A DNA stretch of 64,000 bases from Chiloscyllium plagiosum (Eukaryota). Positions within the stretch are counted from its first letter, which is position 1. Every line of letters begins with the position of its first letter. Made by a program: the position numbers and the translations under genes. Under the pieces are notes generated by a model. It was not told where the DNA came from, made no database searches, and worked only from the letters and a program-made list of their open reading frames with translations. The stretch covers positions 21,612,331 to 21,676,330 of the forward strand of contig NC_057749.1 in the NCBI RefSeq assembly GCF_004010195.1, in the 5' to 3' direction. Positions 39,326-50,214 of the stretch are shown here, piece by piece.

Positions 39326-40614
39326 CCGACTGTAACACAGCATTCTGCACTTTGTCCCAGTATCCTAATGCACTTTATTTGGTACAATCTGCTCCTGTAC
39401 AACACTTTTCACTGTATCTTGGTCTATGTGACAGCATTAAATCAATCAATTAAGACAGAGGGATCTTGGATTGTAAGTCCATTGCTCCCTGAAAGTGGCA
39501 ACACATAGATAGGGTGGTAAAGAAGGCATATGCCATGCTTCCCTTCATTGGTCGGGGCACTGAGTATAAAAGTTGGCAAGTTATGTTACAACTGTATAAA
39601 ACTTTAGTTAGGCCACTTTTGGAGTGTGCAGTTCTGGTCAAAGCACTAAGGGAAGGATGTGGAAGCTTTGGAGAGTGTGCAAAAGAGGTTTCCCAGGATG
39701 TCGCCTGGATTGGAGTGTATTAGCTATAAGGAGAGTTTGGACAAACTTGGATTTTTTTTTTTCTCGAGCATTGGAGACAAAGGGGGGACCTGATAGAAGT
39801 CTATAAAATCATGAGAGAAATGGATAGTTGGAGTCTATTTCCCAGGGTGGAAATGTCAAACAGAAGGGGGCATAGCTTTAAGATGAGAGGGGGGAAAGTT
39901 GAAAGGTGATATGTGAGGAAGGTTTTTTTACTCAGAGAGGAGTGACACACTGCCAGGGGAGGTGGTAGAAGCAGATCTGGTAGCAACATTTAAGAGGCAT
40001 TTACACGTTGACATGAACCAGCAGGGAGTGAAGAGGTGCAGACCATGTGCAGGCAGATGGGATTAGTTTGGAATGATGTCATCGTTGGCACAGACCTGGT
40101 GGGCCAAAGGGCCTGTTTCTGTCCTGTACTGTTATATGTTCTAACTGTCAGTGGTGTGGCAAACAAAATAGGAATGCTCAAGTGACCAGACTGGTGGAAC
40201 GCAGAGATGTAATGATGAAAAATGTATTGGCGACAGTGTGGAGGAGGTTTACAAGAATAATTCCTATGAGAATCCCACGGGAATGGGATGACAACATCAG
40301 TTCTGAGGAAAGATTAGAGAGGTGGGGCTGTTTTCCTTGGAGGATCGAAGGCAAACAGGGGAAATCATGACAGGCCCAGCCAGAATGAATAGAGAGAAAT
40401 TGTTCCTATTCATAACAAGACTGAGAACCAGAGGGCATGGTTTCAAAGAGTTTTGCAAAAGAAGTAAATGTGAGGTGAGAAGAAAACTCTCTTCGCACAA
40501 TGTGTCTGGAATATTCTGGGAATGTGATGGAGGCAGGTTCAACTGAGACATTCAAGAGGGCATATTTTATAAATAGAAAGCAGGAGACAACAGCTTCGCT
40601 TCACTTGGAGGTCG

Positions 40615-40654
40615 CCACTGATGATGCCACCTAGCCAGGTAACGAAACGTCTGG
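40615..40654 (+). ncRNA. Hammerhead ribozyme motif (family 4) in a ~150-bp PLE-type terminus (40575-40725)
   Basis: cca-CTGATGA-t-gccACCT-agcc-AGGTaac-GAAAC-GTC-tgg; stem I cca/tgg. Confidence 0.7.
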
Positions 40655-41194
40655 ATATCAAACCTACAGCTCAGCGAGCAAACCTACACCCTAAATCTCA
40701 ACCTGAGCTACAAACCTTGCAAAATCTTTTCTGAACCCTTTCAAGTTTCACAATACCTTTCCAATAGGAAGGAGACCAGAATTGCACGCAGTATTCCAAC
40801 AGTGGCCTAGCCAATGTCCTTATCCGAGGCTGGAATCGAACCCAGGGCCCTGGCGCTGTGAGGCAGCAGTGCTAACCACCGTGTCACCCCCTTCTCAAAG
40901 ACAATTGACAAATTTCTTCATGATGGGTGAGGAGGGATTGAATCTTCAGATTTCTCCACAACTGTGATGCTCCAGTCATTGAGTCGGTTCAAGAGAGTGA
41001 TTGATAAATATTAAAGTTATCCAAGTATTGGGGAAAATGCTATTACGGTAGATGATCATGTTAACTAGCAGAGGGGGCTCACAGGGCTGAATGACTTATT
41101 CCTGCTCCCACTTACGAGGTTCCAAAACCAGTGAAAAGGTGTTAAATCTCTGGGGAAGTTACAACAGCTAACTGTGATCTCCATGTGATTGCCA

Positions 41195-41430
41195 GTTTAT
41201 CAGAGTAAAGTCACCACAGTTCCCAGAGGACTCACCTTAGTCTCAGAGGGCTGCTGTCTCAATAAAGGGAGAGATGACTGGTGCTGAGATTTATCTGAGG
41301 GTCACCACGTCTCAGGTGAGCAGAGAGGTTGGGATATTCATGGTGACATCAGCTGGTGTGGAAATGAAACCCGTGTTGTTGGTATCACTGTGCATCACAA
41401 ACCAGTCACCCAGCCAACTCAGCTGCCTCA
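41195..41430 (-). mobile_element. Third tRNA-headed SINE family
   Basis: Minus-strand head agctgagttggctggg..gggtttcatttcc (A/B-box-like). A related fragment lies at 46575-46640. Confidence 0.5.
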
Positions 41431-41606
41431 TTGTATTCTGAGAAACATTGCCAGGACCAGAACTCACATTCTTTCTAGGTTTCATCAGCATCAGTTTTGT
41501 AACAGTTTCAAGCATTTTTGAGAGAAACAATGTCCCCAGGCATTCTTTTCAGTAATGGTGCGTGTCCAGATACTGATTCGTAAGTATTATGTCATTAAGA
41601 TCATTA

Positions 41607-41922
41607 CGGGTGGCACAGTGGTTAGCACTGCTGCCTCACAGCGCCAGAGACCTGGGCTCAATTTCCGCCTCAGGCAACTGTCTGTGTGGAGTTTGCACAT
41701 TCTCCCCGTGTCTGTGTGGGTTTCCTCCGGGTGCTCTAGTTTCCCCCCACAGTCCAAAGATGTGCTGGTTAGGTGAATTGGCCTTGCTAAATTGCCCGTA
41801 GCGTTAGGTGAAGGGGTAAATGTAGGGGAATGGGTCTGGGTGGGTTGCTCTTCGGAGGGTCGGTGTGGACTTGTTAGCCAGAAGAGCCTGTTTCCACGCT
41901 TGAAGTAATCTAATATAATCTA
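41607..41922 (+). mobile_element. HE1-like SINE
   Basis: gggtggcacagtggttagcactgctgcctcacagcgcc..cctgtttccac..aatctaa. Confidence 0.92.
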
Positions 41923-42592
41923 AACATTAACTGCACAACCCATGAATCCCTGATGATCCTAATAAGGGATTTAAGAATTTCCCCTTGGGTTGACCCCTCC
42001 CTTTTGATCATGTATCCTATGAACCATGTATCCGCATACCCCAAGTGCTTGTAGCCTGTTGCTAGATGTTAGATAGTGCCCGGCAGCTTTGATTGAATGA
42101 GCGGCAAACCCTCAGAAGGTCATGTTTTCAGAACCAGTTCACAGACCAGAGCAGAATGTTCCAGGCTGAAACTCCAATGTAGTGCTGGCCGGGGTGGGGT
42201 TTGGGGAGCGTGTGCTGCTCTGTCAGAGGTGCGAATTGTTGAGGCCCTGACTGCCCCCCAGGGGGCAGCTGAACTGGCTAGTTGGAGGGTGCAATGGTGA
42301 TAGAAGCTACATGGGAGAAACCATTCTCTTCAGAGGGAGCACGTGAAAGAATTAAGATGAGGTGCCTTCCTCTATACGAAGGGAAGATTCAAGAGAAATT
42401 TCGAAAATCAGGAGGGCCAGTATAGATAGGGAGTAAAACAATTCCTACTCATAAAATTATTGCTGTTATCGGAATGCTGAATAGACATCACTATCTGCAA
42501 TTAATGTTGTTCTTGCTAATATTGAGCTCACCTTGCACACGCTCTGTGCAGTTGTAACCTTGTATGCCTCGTTTTGTCTGTGATCTGTATGT

Positions 42593-42789
42593 GTTGTTGG
42601 AAAAGCACAGCAGGTCAGGCAGCATCCGAGGAGCAGGAGAGTCAACGTTTCAGGCATGAACCCTTCGTCAGACTTATGCCCAAAACGTCAATTCTCCTGC
42701 TCCTCGGATGCTGCCTGACCTGCTGTGCTTTTCCAGCACCACACTCTCGACTCTGATCTCTAGAATCTGCAGTCCTCACTTTCTCCTAC
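42593..42789. mobile_element. Fold-back short PLE insertion within a Rex1/Babar 3' tail (42470-42890)
   Basis: Approximate TSD gatctgtatgt (42582-42592) / gatctatatgt (42790-42800). The arms switch at cccttcgtcag|acttatgccc. Confidence 0.82.
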
Positions 42790-43589
42790 GATCTATATGT
42801 CCCAGTTTGCTATGATCTGCCCGTACTGTTCACAAAACAAAGCTTTTCACTGTAGGTAGGTACATGTGACTGCAATAAATCAAATCAAACGTTGAGAGAC
42901 CAGGGGACACAGCTTTTGACAGTTTTGTAAAAGAAGCAAATGTGTTGTGAGGAGAAAGCCCTTTCACACAGTGAGTGTTTCAGGTCTGGAAATGTACTAC
43001 TGGACATGCAGCAGAGGCAGATTCAATTGAGACGGTCATTGGATGGTTATTTGACTAGAATCTGATCTCCAGGGGACAGCTGAACATGGAAGACACCATT
43101 CTCTTCAGAGGCAGCACGTGAAAGAATTAAGGTGAGGTGCCTTCCTCTACCTGAAGGGGAGATTCAAGAGAGGTTTTGAAAATCAGGGGAATTGGGAGAT
43201 TATCCTCCTCTTCTTAGAATGATACCAAGAGAGTTGAATGTCCAAGGGTCAAGGAGAAAAGCCATTCATTTAATGTCTCTTTGGAAAGTCAGACCCTCCC
43301 GCAATGTTAAATTCCCTCAGTAATGTCAGGGTCTCTGTGTTCTCCTCTGAGGTGCACGTGCTTAAAAGCCTGTCACAATTTCTCAAGGCAGTATACCCTG
43401 TGAAATGTTCATCTCCAACTGTAACCGGTTTAGAGAATGAGGAATAATTGGGTCGAATCCTGCTGAGATAACTCATTCCTTATTTAGCCTCAACTGTTTT
43501 CTCTTTGCCTGTTCCCAGCATTTCCAGGTTATCTTATTATTTTTAATCAAATTGCAAACATCCAAGAGAGTTGGATTCGATCAAGGTAT

Positions 43590-43720
43590 AGGCGAAACTG
43601 AGGATTGCAGATGCTGGAGATCAGAGTCTAGATCAGAGTGGTGCTGGAAAAGCACAGCAGGTCAGGCAGCATCCGAGAAGCAGGAAAATAGATGTTTTGG
43701 GCAAATGCCCTTCAACAGGA
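43590..43720 (-). mobile_element. Short PLE family-1 terminus
   Basis: ggcgaaactgaggattgcagatgctggag..gggcaaatgcccttcaacagg; flanks gatcaaggtata / gattgaggtgta resemble a decayed TSD. Confidence 0.8.
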
Positions 43721-44656
43721 TTGAGGTGTACCATCCCAAGAAGGCGATTGGGAGAATAGAGCAGCTCCAACATCATTCCTGGTGTATACACCATGCAGTA
43801 GCACAAATCAAGATTTTTCTACCTGTCATAACCATTCCCCCCCCCCCCCCCCCGCCCAGAATCCTTCCACAAATAAGTAATCTCCAGGGAGAGGCAATTT
43901 AAAAGCTCAAAGAAATCTGACTGAAGAACTCAGAGATATAAAGCTGGGGCTCTGTTGGACGTCTGTCTGAACAGGGTGTGATGTTTACAATGACAAATCC
44001 AATTCCAAGCATCTGCTTGAGCTTATTCAGTAATAACATTAAGTTAGCCTCTGAGACAGGAAATGCTTGCAAACATCGATGCTTAAGGTCATTAATGTTT
44101 CATTGCCAGTGATTGCGAGTGTAGATTGAAACAGAATGTGCAGGAATATTTTAACGAGGATGTTGACAGTTGGTGCTTTTATTCTGGATTTTTGCTTGCT
44201 TGAACTACGCAATAAGGTCATGGCTTTAGATTACATTTGCCATCCCTCCCATGCATTACTGACAATGATTTTAATGTCTTCGAAGAACTCTGAGATTGTT
44301 AATCTACGCCCCTCATCCTTCCCTGAGGGAGGACTAATTGGACATAATCCTCCTGTTGAACTTGAATCTTACTTTTGTACAATCAGCTTCTGCTTAACAA
44401 GCTCAGGATTCCAGGGTTTCGTAACCACTTCCTCAACCTGTCCTGCGGGTTACCATGAACTGTCACCTATTACCATGACTGTCCCCCAACCTCCAAAAAT
44501 CTCACGGTTCTGGTATTCCATCTGGAATATTATCCTGAGGCTTCTCTGCTGTCCTCTCTGTTCAGGTGATGTAAATAAAGGCTGTTTATGACCAGTCCAT
44601 ATGTTAGTCTTTTCCTCAGAAAGATGCTGACAAGGAGCAGATCAGATTCTTCTTCC

Positions 44657-44694
44657 GGTTCTGAGGAAAGGTCACTGGACCTGAAACGTTAACT
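44657..44694 (+). ncRNA. Hammerhead ribozyme motif (family 3) at the start of a short PLE terminus (44655-44790)
   Basis: ggtt-CTGAGGA-a-AGGTC-actg-GACCT-GAAAC-GTT-aact: stem I ggtt/aact, 5-bp stem II, AACGTT palindrome. Confidence 0.75.
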
Positions 44695-45129
44695 CTGATT
44701 TCTGGCCACAGATGCTGCCAGACCTGATTCCGATCGCAATTTCTGTTTCTGTTTCTGATTTACAGCATTCATAGTTGTTTGGGTTTGTATTCAGCTTGTC
44801 CTTTTCCTTCGGGAAATCAAGAACAGAAAAACGTTATAACACATGAAATTTCTAAACCTAATTTAGGGGAAGTTTGAGTGATTTACGAGATTAACTCCAT
44901 ACATAAATTGTGTCCGGTCCGTAGTCAGCCAGTACAGTGTATACTTGGCAAAACAAAAGACATAGCAGAATATACAATAATGGAATTCAACCCTAACAAA
45001 TAAAGGGCTGGTATAATTCTGCTACAAATCTGTCTGAAAGTCAGTAAAATAAGAAATGAAAGTAAAGTAATTGCATTCATTAAGGAAGATGAGACCAAGT
45101 ATGCTTGAGTTGCCGTTAGATGAGTGTCT

Positions 45130-45492
45130 GAGAGACCCCAGTACTATGGAATGGCTGAAGTTTGGAGTCCACCAGTTTCTTCATTTCCCATCCCCCCACC
45201 TTGCCCCAGTTCCAACCTTCCAGCTCAGCACCGCCCTCATGGCCTGTCCATCTTCCTTCCCACCTATCTGCACAACCCTCCTCTCCGACCTATCACCTTT
45301 ACCCCCACCTGCATCCACCTATTGCACTCCCAGCTATCTTCCCCCCCAGCCTCACCCCCTCCCATTTATCTCTCCACCCTCAAGGCTCCCAGCCTCATTT
45401 CTGATGAAGGGCTTTTGCCCGAACCGTCGATTTTCCTGGTCCTCAGATACTGCCTGACCTGCTGTGCTTTTCCAGCACCACACTCTTGACAC
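45130..45492 (+). mobile_element. PLE family-1 3' region
   Basis: Homologous to 37860-38225; ctgatgaagggcttttgcccgaaccgtc at 45401-45428 has one core substitution. Confidence 0.85.
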
Positions 45493-45745
45493 TGACGTTT
45501 ATAAGCACCCACACCCATTACTAAAAATGAATTTTGGACATTGTGCTGTAGGTTATATCCAGTCAAGAAAACATCTGGCCATGAGATTATTATCAATTAT
45601 ATTCTCAAGTTAAAGAAACTCTCATCATTGCCAAGATGGTAAAAGCTGAGGAAACAACTTTAGAGATATATTCATAGGTTGCCGAAAGAATAATAAATTC
45701 CGTTCATGCTAACATTTCTGTCCTCAGCTTGCTGCCATCTTCAAA

Positions 45746-46030
45746 GAATCATCGAATCCCTACAGTGTGGAAGCAGGCCGTTCAGCCCATCAAGCCCACA
45801 GTGACCCTCCAAAGAGCATCTCACTTAGAGCCACCCCACCTTACCCTATTTCTGTAACTCTGCATTTCCCATGGCCAATCGACCCAACCTGCAAATCTTT
45901 GGACTGTGGGAGGAAACCCATACAAACACAGGGAGAGCGTGCAGACTCCAGACAGGCAAGTCATCTTAGGGTGGAATCAAACCTGGTGTCTCTGACGCCA
46001 TGAGGTAACGCTGCTAAATACTGAGCCACC
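45746..46030 (-). mobile_element. HE1-like SINE
   Basis: Reverse-complement HE1 tail, core and head. Confidence 0.85.
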
Positions 46031-46639
46031 AGAGCACCTAGCCTTCAAGTGCAGTACATTGCAAGCTGGGCTTGCAACTTGGGCAGATGGCAGACTTGAG
46101 GTCTCAATATTGATGTAAATAACTTCAGAAGCTTCATGCCTTTTCTCTGTTTTCCATACCACAGTCCCACACCCCACCCCATCCACGGCCTTGTATTGTG
46201 TACTTTTTCTCTCTCTCCATCATTGACAGGCCTTTTGACCTTTGCGTTGAACCACAACCTCTGTAGACCCTTCAAAAGAAATTTTAACTAGCCTTTCAGG
46301 AGAGACATACCAGACTCGAAACGTTAACTTTGTTCCTCCAGAGATGCAGCCAGATGGCTGCGCTCCTCAGCATTCTCTGTGTTTGTTTCAGATTTCTAGC
46401 ATCAGTATTTTGCCATTAATAAATTCCAGCTCTAGCTTATCAGGAGATGCAATGAGTTGATGAGGCATTAGGCCTTTAGTGAAGGCCTGGCCGTGGAAAT
46501 GACAGAAAGCAAAGGACTTCATTTTCAGAGCTGACAGGGGGAGATCCACTAGGAAGGTAAAGTCTCCATCGTCCTGGCAGGGGACAGGACTGCTTTCTCA
46601 TTAGAGAGAGATTAACGGGGTGGTTGTTTAAGCTGAGGG

Positions 46640-46921
46640 TCATAGAGTGCCTACAGTGGAAAAAAAGAGGCCATTCAGCCTGCAGTGATTGTTCAGTGCA
46701 TCTCCATTCCCCCATCTTCATCACCTTGCCAAGGCTAACCCACCTAGCCTGCACATCCCTGAACTCTGTGGGCAATCTACCATGACCAATCCATCTAAAG
46801 TGCACATCTTTGAACTGTGGGAGGAATCCAGAACACCCGCAAGGAGCACAAGCAGAACATGCACACTCCACACAGACAGTCACCCCCTGGCTGCATTCAA
46901 ACCTGGGTCCCTGGCACTGCG
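46640..46921 (-). mobile_element. HE1-like SINE running into an assembly gap
   Basis: tacagtggaaaaaaagaggccattcagcc..cacacagacagtcacc..acctgggtccctggcactg. Confidence 0.8.
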
Positions 46922-47421
46922 NNNNNNNNNNNNNNNNNNNNNNNNNNNNNNNNNNNNNNNNNNNNNNNNNNNNNNNNNNNNNNNNNNNNNNNNNNNNNNN
47001 NNNNNNNNNNNNNNNNNNNNNNNNNNNNNNNNNNNNNNNNNNNNNNNNNNNNNNNNNNNNNNNNNNNNNNNNNNNNNNNNNNNNNNNNNNNNNNNNNNNN
47101 NNNNNNNNNNNNNNNNNNNNNNNNNNNNNNNNNNNNNNNNNNNNNNNNNNNNNNNNNNNNNNNNNNNNNNNNNNNNNNNNNNNNNNNNNNNNNNNNNNNN
47201 NNNNNNNNNNNNNNNNNNNNNNNNNNNNNNNNNNNNNNNNNNNNNNNNNNNNNNNNNNNNNNNNNNNNNNNNNNNNNNNNNNNNNNNNNNNNNNNNNNNN
47301 NNNNNNNNNNNNNNNNNNNNNNNNNNNNNNNNNNNNNNNNNNNNNNNNNNNNNNNNNNNNNNNNNNNNNNNNNNNNNNNNNNNNNNNNNNNNNNNNNNNN
47401 NNNNNNNNNNNNNNNNNNNNN
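46922..47421. other. Assembly gap (500 N); other gaps at 16199-16247, 52544-52629 and 57736-57869
   Basis: N runs in the sequence. Confidence 0.99.
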
Positions 47422-47847
47422 ATTATGGCTTCAGAAAGAGTGAGAAGTTAATTATTAAACCTCCCTCCCTCGTGCACACAGACCAAAATCCACATGCCAC
47501 TAGTTCAAAATCTAAACTCTAAAATAAATTACCTTCATACATATCGATTACACACCCGTAAATCACAGAATATGCCCTGAGAAAAGAGTTGGAATTATTT
47601 TACCATTGCAACATCCAGATTACTGCTAGAATTGAGTTGATAAGACCAACCAGCTGGTTCAGATTTAGAGGTACTGGTGCAAACCAAGCCTTAACTTAAC
47701 AGCTACTCAGACCAAGGTGCAGACTGACACTTGATAGCCAACCTCACCCCAAACCAGTAAATGTGAAGGCTACCCTGCCCAACAGCTTCATTTCATTGGT
47801 TAATTTTGTAAACATTTGCGAAAGATCAGCTTTGGTTTAAGTGCAAA

Positions 47848-48060
47848 GTCAGAAGCCACAAGACACCAGGTAAGAGTCTAACAGGTTTATCCTAAATCAC
47901 AGGCTTTCGGAGAGTTGCTCCATCGGCAAGTGAATACTTTACCTGATGAAGCAGCAGTACTTTGAAAGTTGTGATTTCAAATAAACCTGTTAGACTATAA
48001 CCTGGTGTCATCTGACTTCTGACTGAGTCCACCCCAGTCCAACATCAGCACTTCCAGATC
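47848..48060. mobile_element. Fold-back PLE family-2-related insertion with ~16-bp TSD
   Basis: Inverted arms meet just upstream of two decayed hammerheads (ctgatga at 47943). TSD ttggtttaagtgcaaa (47832-47847) / ttgctttaagagcaaa (48061-48076). Confidence 0.78.
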
Positions 48061-48294
48061 TTGCTTTAAGAGCAAAAGATATTGTTTGATTTTGACCTGA
48101 AATAATAATGAGGTGAACTCAAGGCACCTTTCGGAAGTGAATAACATTTTTTTTCTTATTCATCCACAAGATGAGGGCATCACTGGCTAAGTCAGCATTT
48201 ATTGCCCATCTCGAATTACCCAGAAGGCAGTTAAGAGTCAACCACATTGCTGTGGTGTCTGAAGTCACATGCAGGTCAGAACGTGATAAGGATA

Positions 48295-48657
48295 GAATAG
48301 AACAAAATAGAATCTCTTCAGTGTGGAAACAGGCCATTCGGCCCAACAAGTCCACACCAGCCCTCCGAAGAGTAACCCATCCAGACCCATTCCCCTACCC
48401 TATTACTCTACATTTCCTCCTGACTAATGCACCTAGCCTACACATCCCTGAACACTATGGGGCACTTTAGCATGACCAATTCACCCTAACCTGTACAACT
48501 TTGGACCGTGGGAAGAAACTGGAGTATCCAGAGGAAACCCACGCAGACACGGGGAGAATGTGCAAAATCTACACGGACAGTGGCCCGAGGCTGAAATCGA
48601 ACCCAGGTCCCTGGCGCTGTGAGGCAACAGCGCTAACCACTGAGCCACTATGCCACC
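48295..48657 (-). mobile_element. HE1-like SINE
   Basis: Minus-strand head gggtggcatagtggctcagtggttagcgctg..ggttcgatttc; (ATTCT)n-like tail. Confidence 0.9.
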
Positions 48658-48671
48658 CAAAACGACTGCAT

Positions 48672-48744
48672 CATCGAACATGGGGCTCGAACCCACAACC
48701 CTGGAATTAGGAATCTCATGCTCTACTGACTGAGCTAGTTATGC
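48672..48744 (-). pseudogene. tRNA-Lys(CTT)-derived pseudogene
   Basis: Minus strand GCATAACTAGCTCAGTCAGTAGAGCATGAGATTCCTAATTCCAGGGTTGTGGGTTCGAGCCCCATGTTCGATG aligns without gaps to vertebrate tRNA-Lys-CTT. It shows CpG decay, a broken acceptor stem and an anticodon now reading CCT. Confidence 0.85.
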
Positions 48745-48931
48745 CTGCCTAAAGAACATTAATGAACCTGACGGGCTTTCCCCCAACAATTGACAATGCA
48801 TTCGTGGTCATTAGATTCTCAATTCCAGATGTATATTGAATTCAAATTCCACCATCTACCGTGGCGGAATTTGAACCCAGGGTGCTCAGGACATTACCTA
48901 GGCCCTTGGATGAACAGCCCCCTGATTCATC

Positions 48932-48967
48932 ATTCCTGATGAAGGGCTTTTGCCCGAAACGTCGATT
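48932..48967 (+). ncRNA. Minimal type I hammerhead motif (family 1) in a short PLE terminus (~48922-49057)
   Basis: attc-CTGATGA-a-GGGC-tttt-GCCC-GAAAC-GTC-gatt with all core nucleotides intact. Confidence 0.82.
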
Positions 48968-49264
48968 CTCCTGCTCCTGAGATGCTGCCTGACCGGCTGT
49001 GCTTTTCCAGCGCCGCACACGTCGACTCTGATCCCCAGCACCTGCAGTCCTCACTTTAACCCGGTGATAATGCCACTAGACCATCACCTCCACGTGTAGA
49101 CACAATACGACGTTGGTTACAATCATTTGGGCACACGTTGACCTGATTAATGACCCCTTTGTCCAAATCTGAAATCCAAAGCTGTGAATGGGGTGCAGGG
49201 AGACATTCATAACTGTGCTGAGATGCCAGTAAAACTGTGCCCTGGACAGGCATGCGAGTTGGCC

Positions 49265-49700
49265 CTGCAATGGTATGAATATTTAATTAATAATTAGTCA
49301 TGTAATTTCTCCTCAGGAGTGATTATCCCTGGAACTGGTTTGTGAATCTAATTATTAGTAGGCTTTTTGTTTCCACGTCCCCTCATTACTGTCAGGATTG
49401 ATGCAACATAAACTTCATTAAAAATTAAAGCTAGAATCTTAATTACAAGGATACCCTGACTGAAGTTAGAATTAGCCAACTCAGTGATGTGCAAATGAGT
49501 GCATTATTTAAGAAACATGCTGGAAGTAGTTATGCTAATTTAGTAGGTTCACAGTAGTAGACCTTTTCACTTGCGGTTGCATATTCATTAAATGCACTAT
49601 GCAAATTTTATGTAGCTGCCTTACTAATGCCTTGTTAATTTATTCCGATTTATTGAGTACGACTTGTATCAAGTACAAATTTAATTACTATATCTCCTTG
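49265..49700. promoter_or_regulatory. Candidate conserved non-coding element/enhancer, rich in POU and homeodomain motifs
   Basis: Non-repeat AT-rich segment with ATGCAAAT (49599-49606), ATGCTAAT (49532-49539), TTGCATATTCAT (49577-49588) and many TAAT/ATTA cores. Motif evidence only. Confidence 0.35.
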
Positions 49701-50214
49701 GATGTTATAAGAAGTTAGTGGAGGTTTGGAGTGTGTAAATCTGGATTACTGCATTTTGATCGAGAACATGGTATCAAAGGACAAGATTTTTATAACTGTG
49801 CCTTGAAAGCTTGTTTGATTTACTCATGGAATGATCTAAGAAATCACCAGAATTGCATTCTCAGGCTCCCGAAAGGAAAGTAAAAACCTCGCTGGTATTA
49901 AGTAAAGAGCGAGCAATGCTGAGTCCACAGTCTAATGGATATAATGGGCCAACAGAGATGGGGAAGGGTTATTCACTGAGATGCAGGTGTCACGATGTGT
50001 CTGAGCGGTAAATGACTGCGTTGCTGTTTGTCTCGGCCGAAGCTGCATTGACTGCTTGACTTCCACATCCCTCTCCTCACAAACTCCAGCAACTTCAATT
50101 TCGCTTGGAGAAACAGTCACACCCCCCAACCCCCCATTCAGCCTCCCCTCCACCCAACCCCACACCCCCAGCAAGTCTGAAACTGATGTAAAATAAAACA
50201 AAGGCAAGTGAGAG

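Larger units (their letters stand above)
34576..39450 (+). mobile_element. Rex1/Babar-like LINE (34576-35440 plus 38625-39450), split by a CR1
   Basis: LKVNPQKATGP, LDPLQFAY-like, IDYSS and KF.D motifs. The 3' part ends aaatcaatcaat. Confidence 0.75.
33425..40145 (+). mobile_element. CR1 host element in pieces (33425-33610, 34260-34575, 39452-40145)
   Basis: SHHGFMQGRSCLTN..DVVYMDF. cttaggagcattgatatacag (34575) resumes as cagagggatcttgg (39456). VKKAYAMLPFIGRG..LYKTLVRPLLE. Confidence 0.8.

Noticed and set aside
44136..44591. 151-aa plus-strand ORF as a gene
   Set aside because: No recognisable domain or gene structure; compatible with chance.
46689..47522. Long ORFs of 208-277 aa (also 57539-57903)
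   Set aside because: They are artefacts of translating through N gaps.
48672..48744. Functional tRNA-Arg(CCT) gene
   Set aside because: The body is tRNA-Lys-like, with an unpaired acceptor stem and CpG decay; it is a pseudogene.
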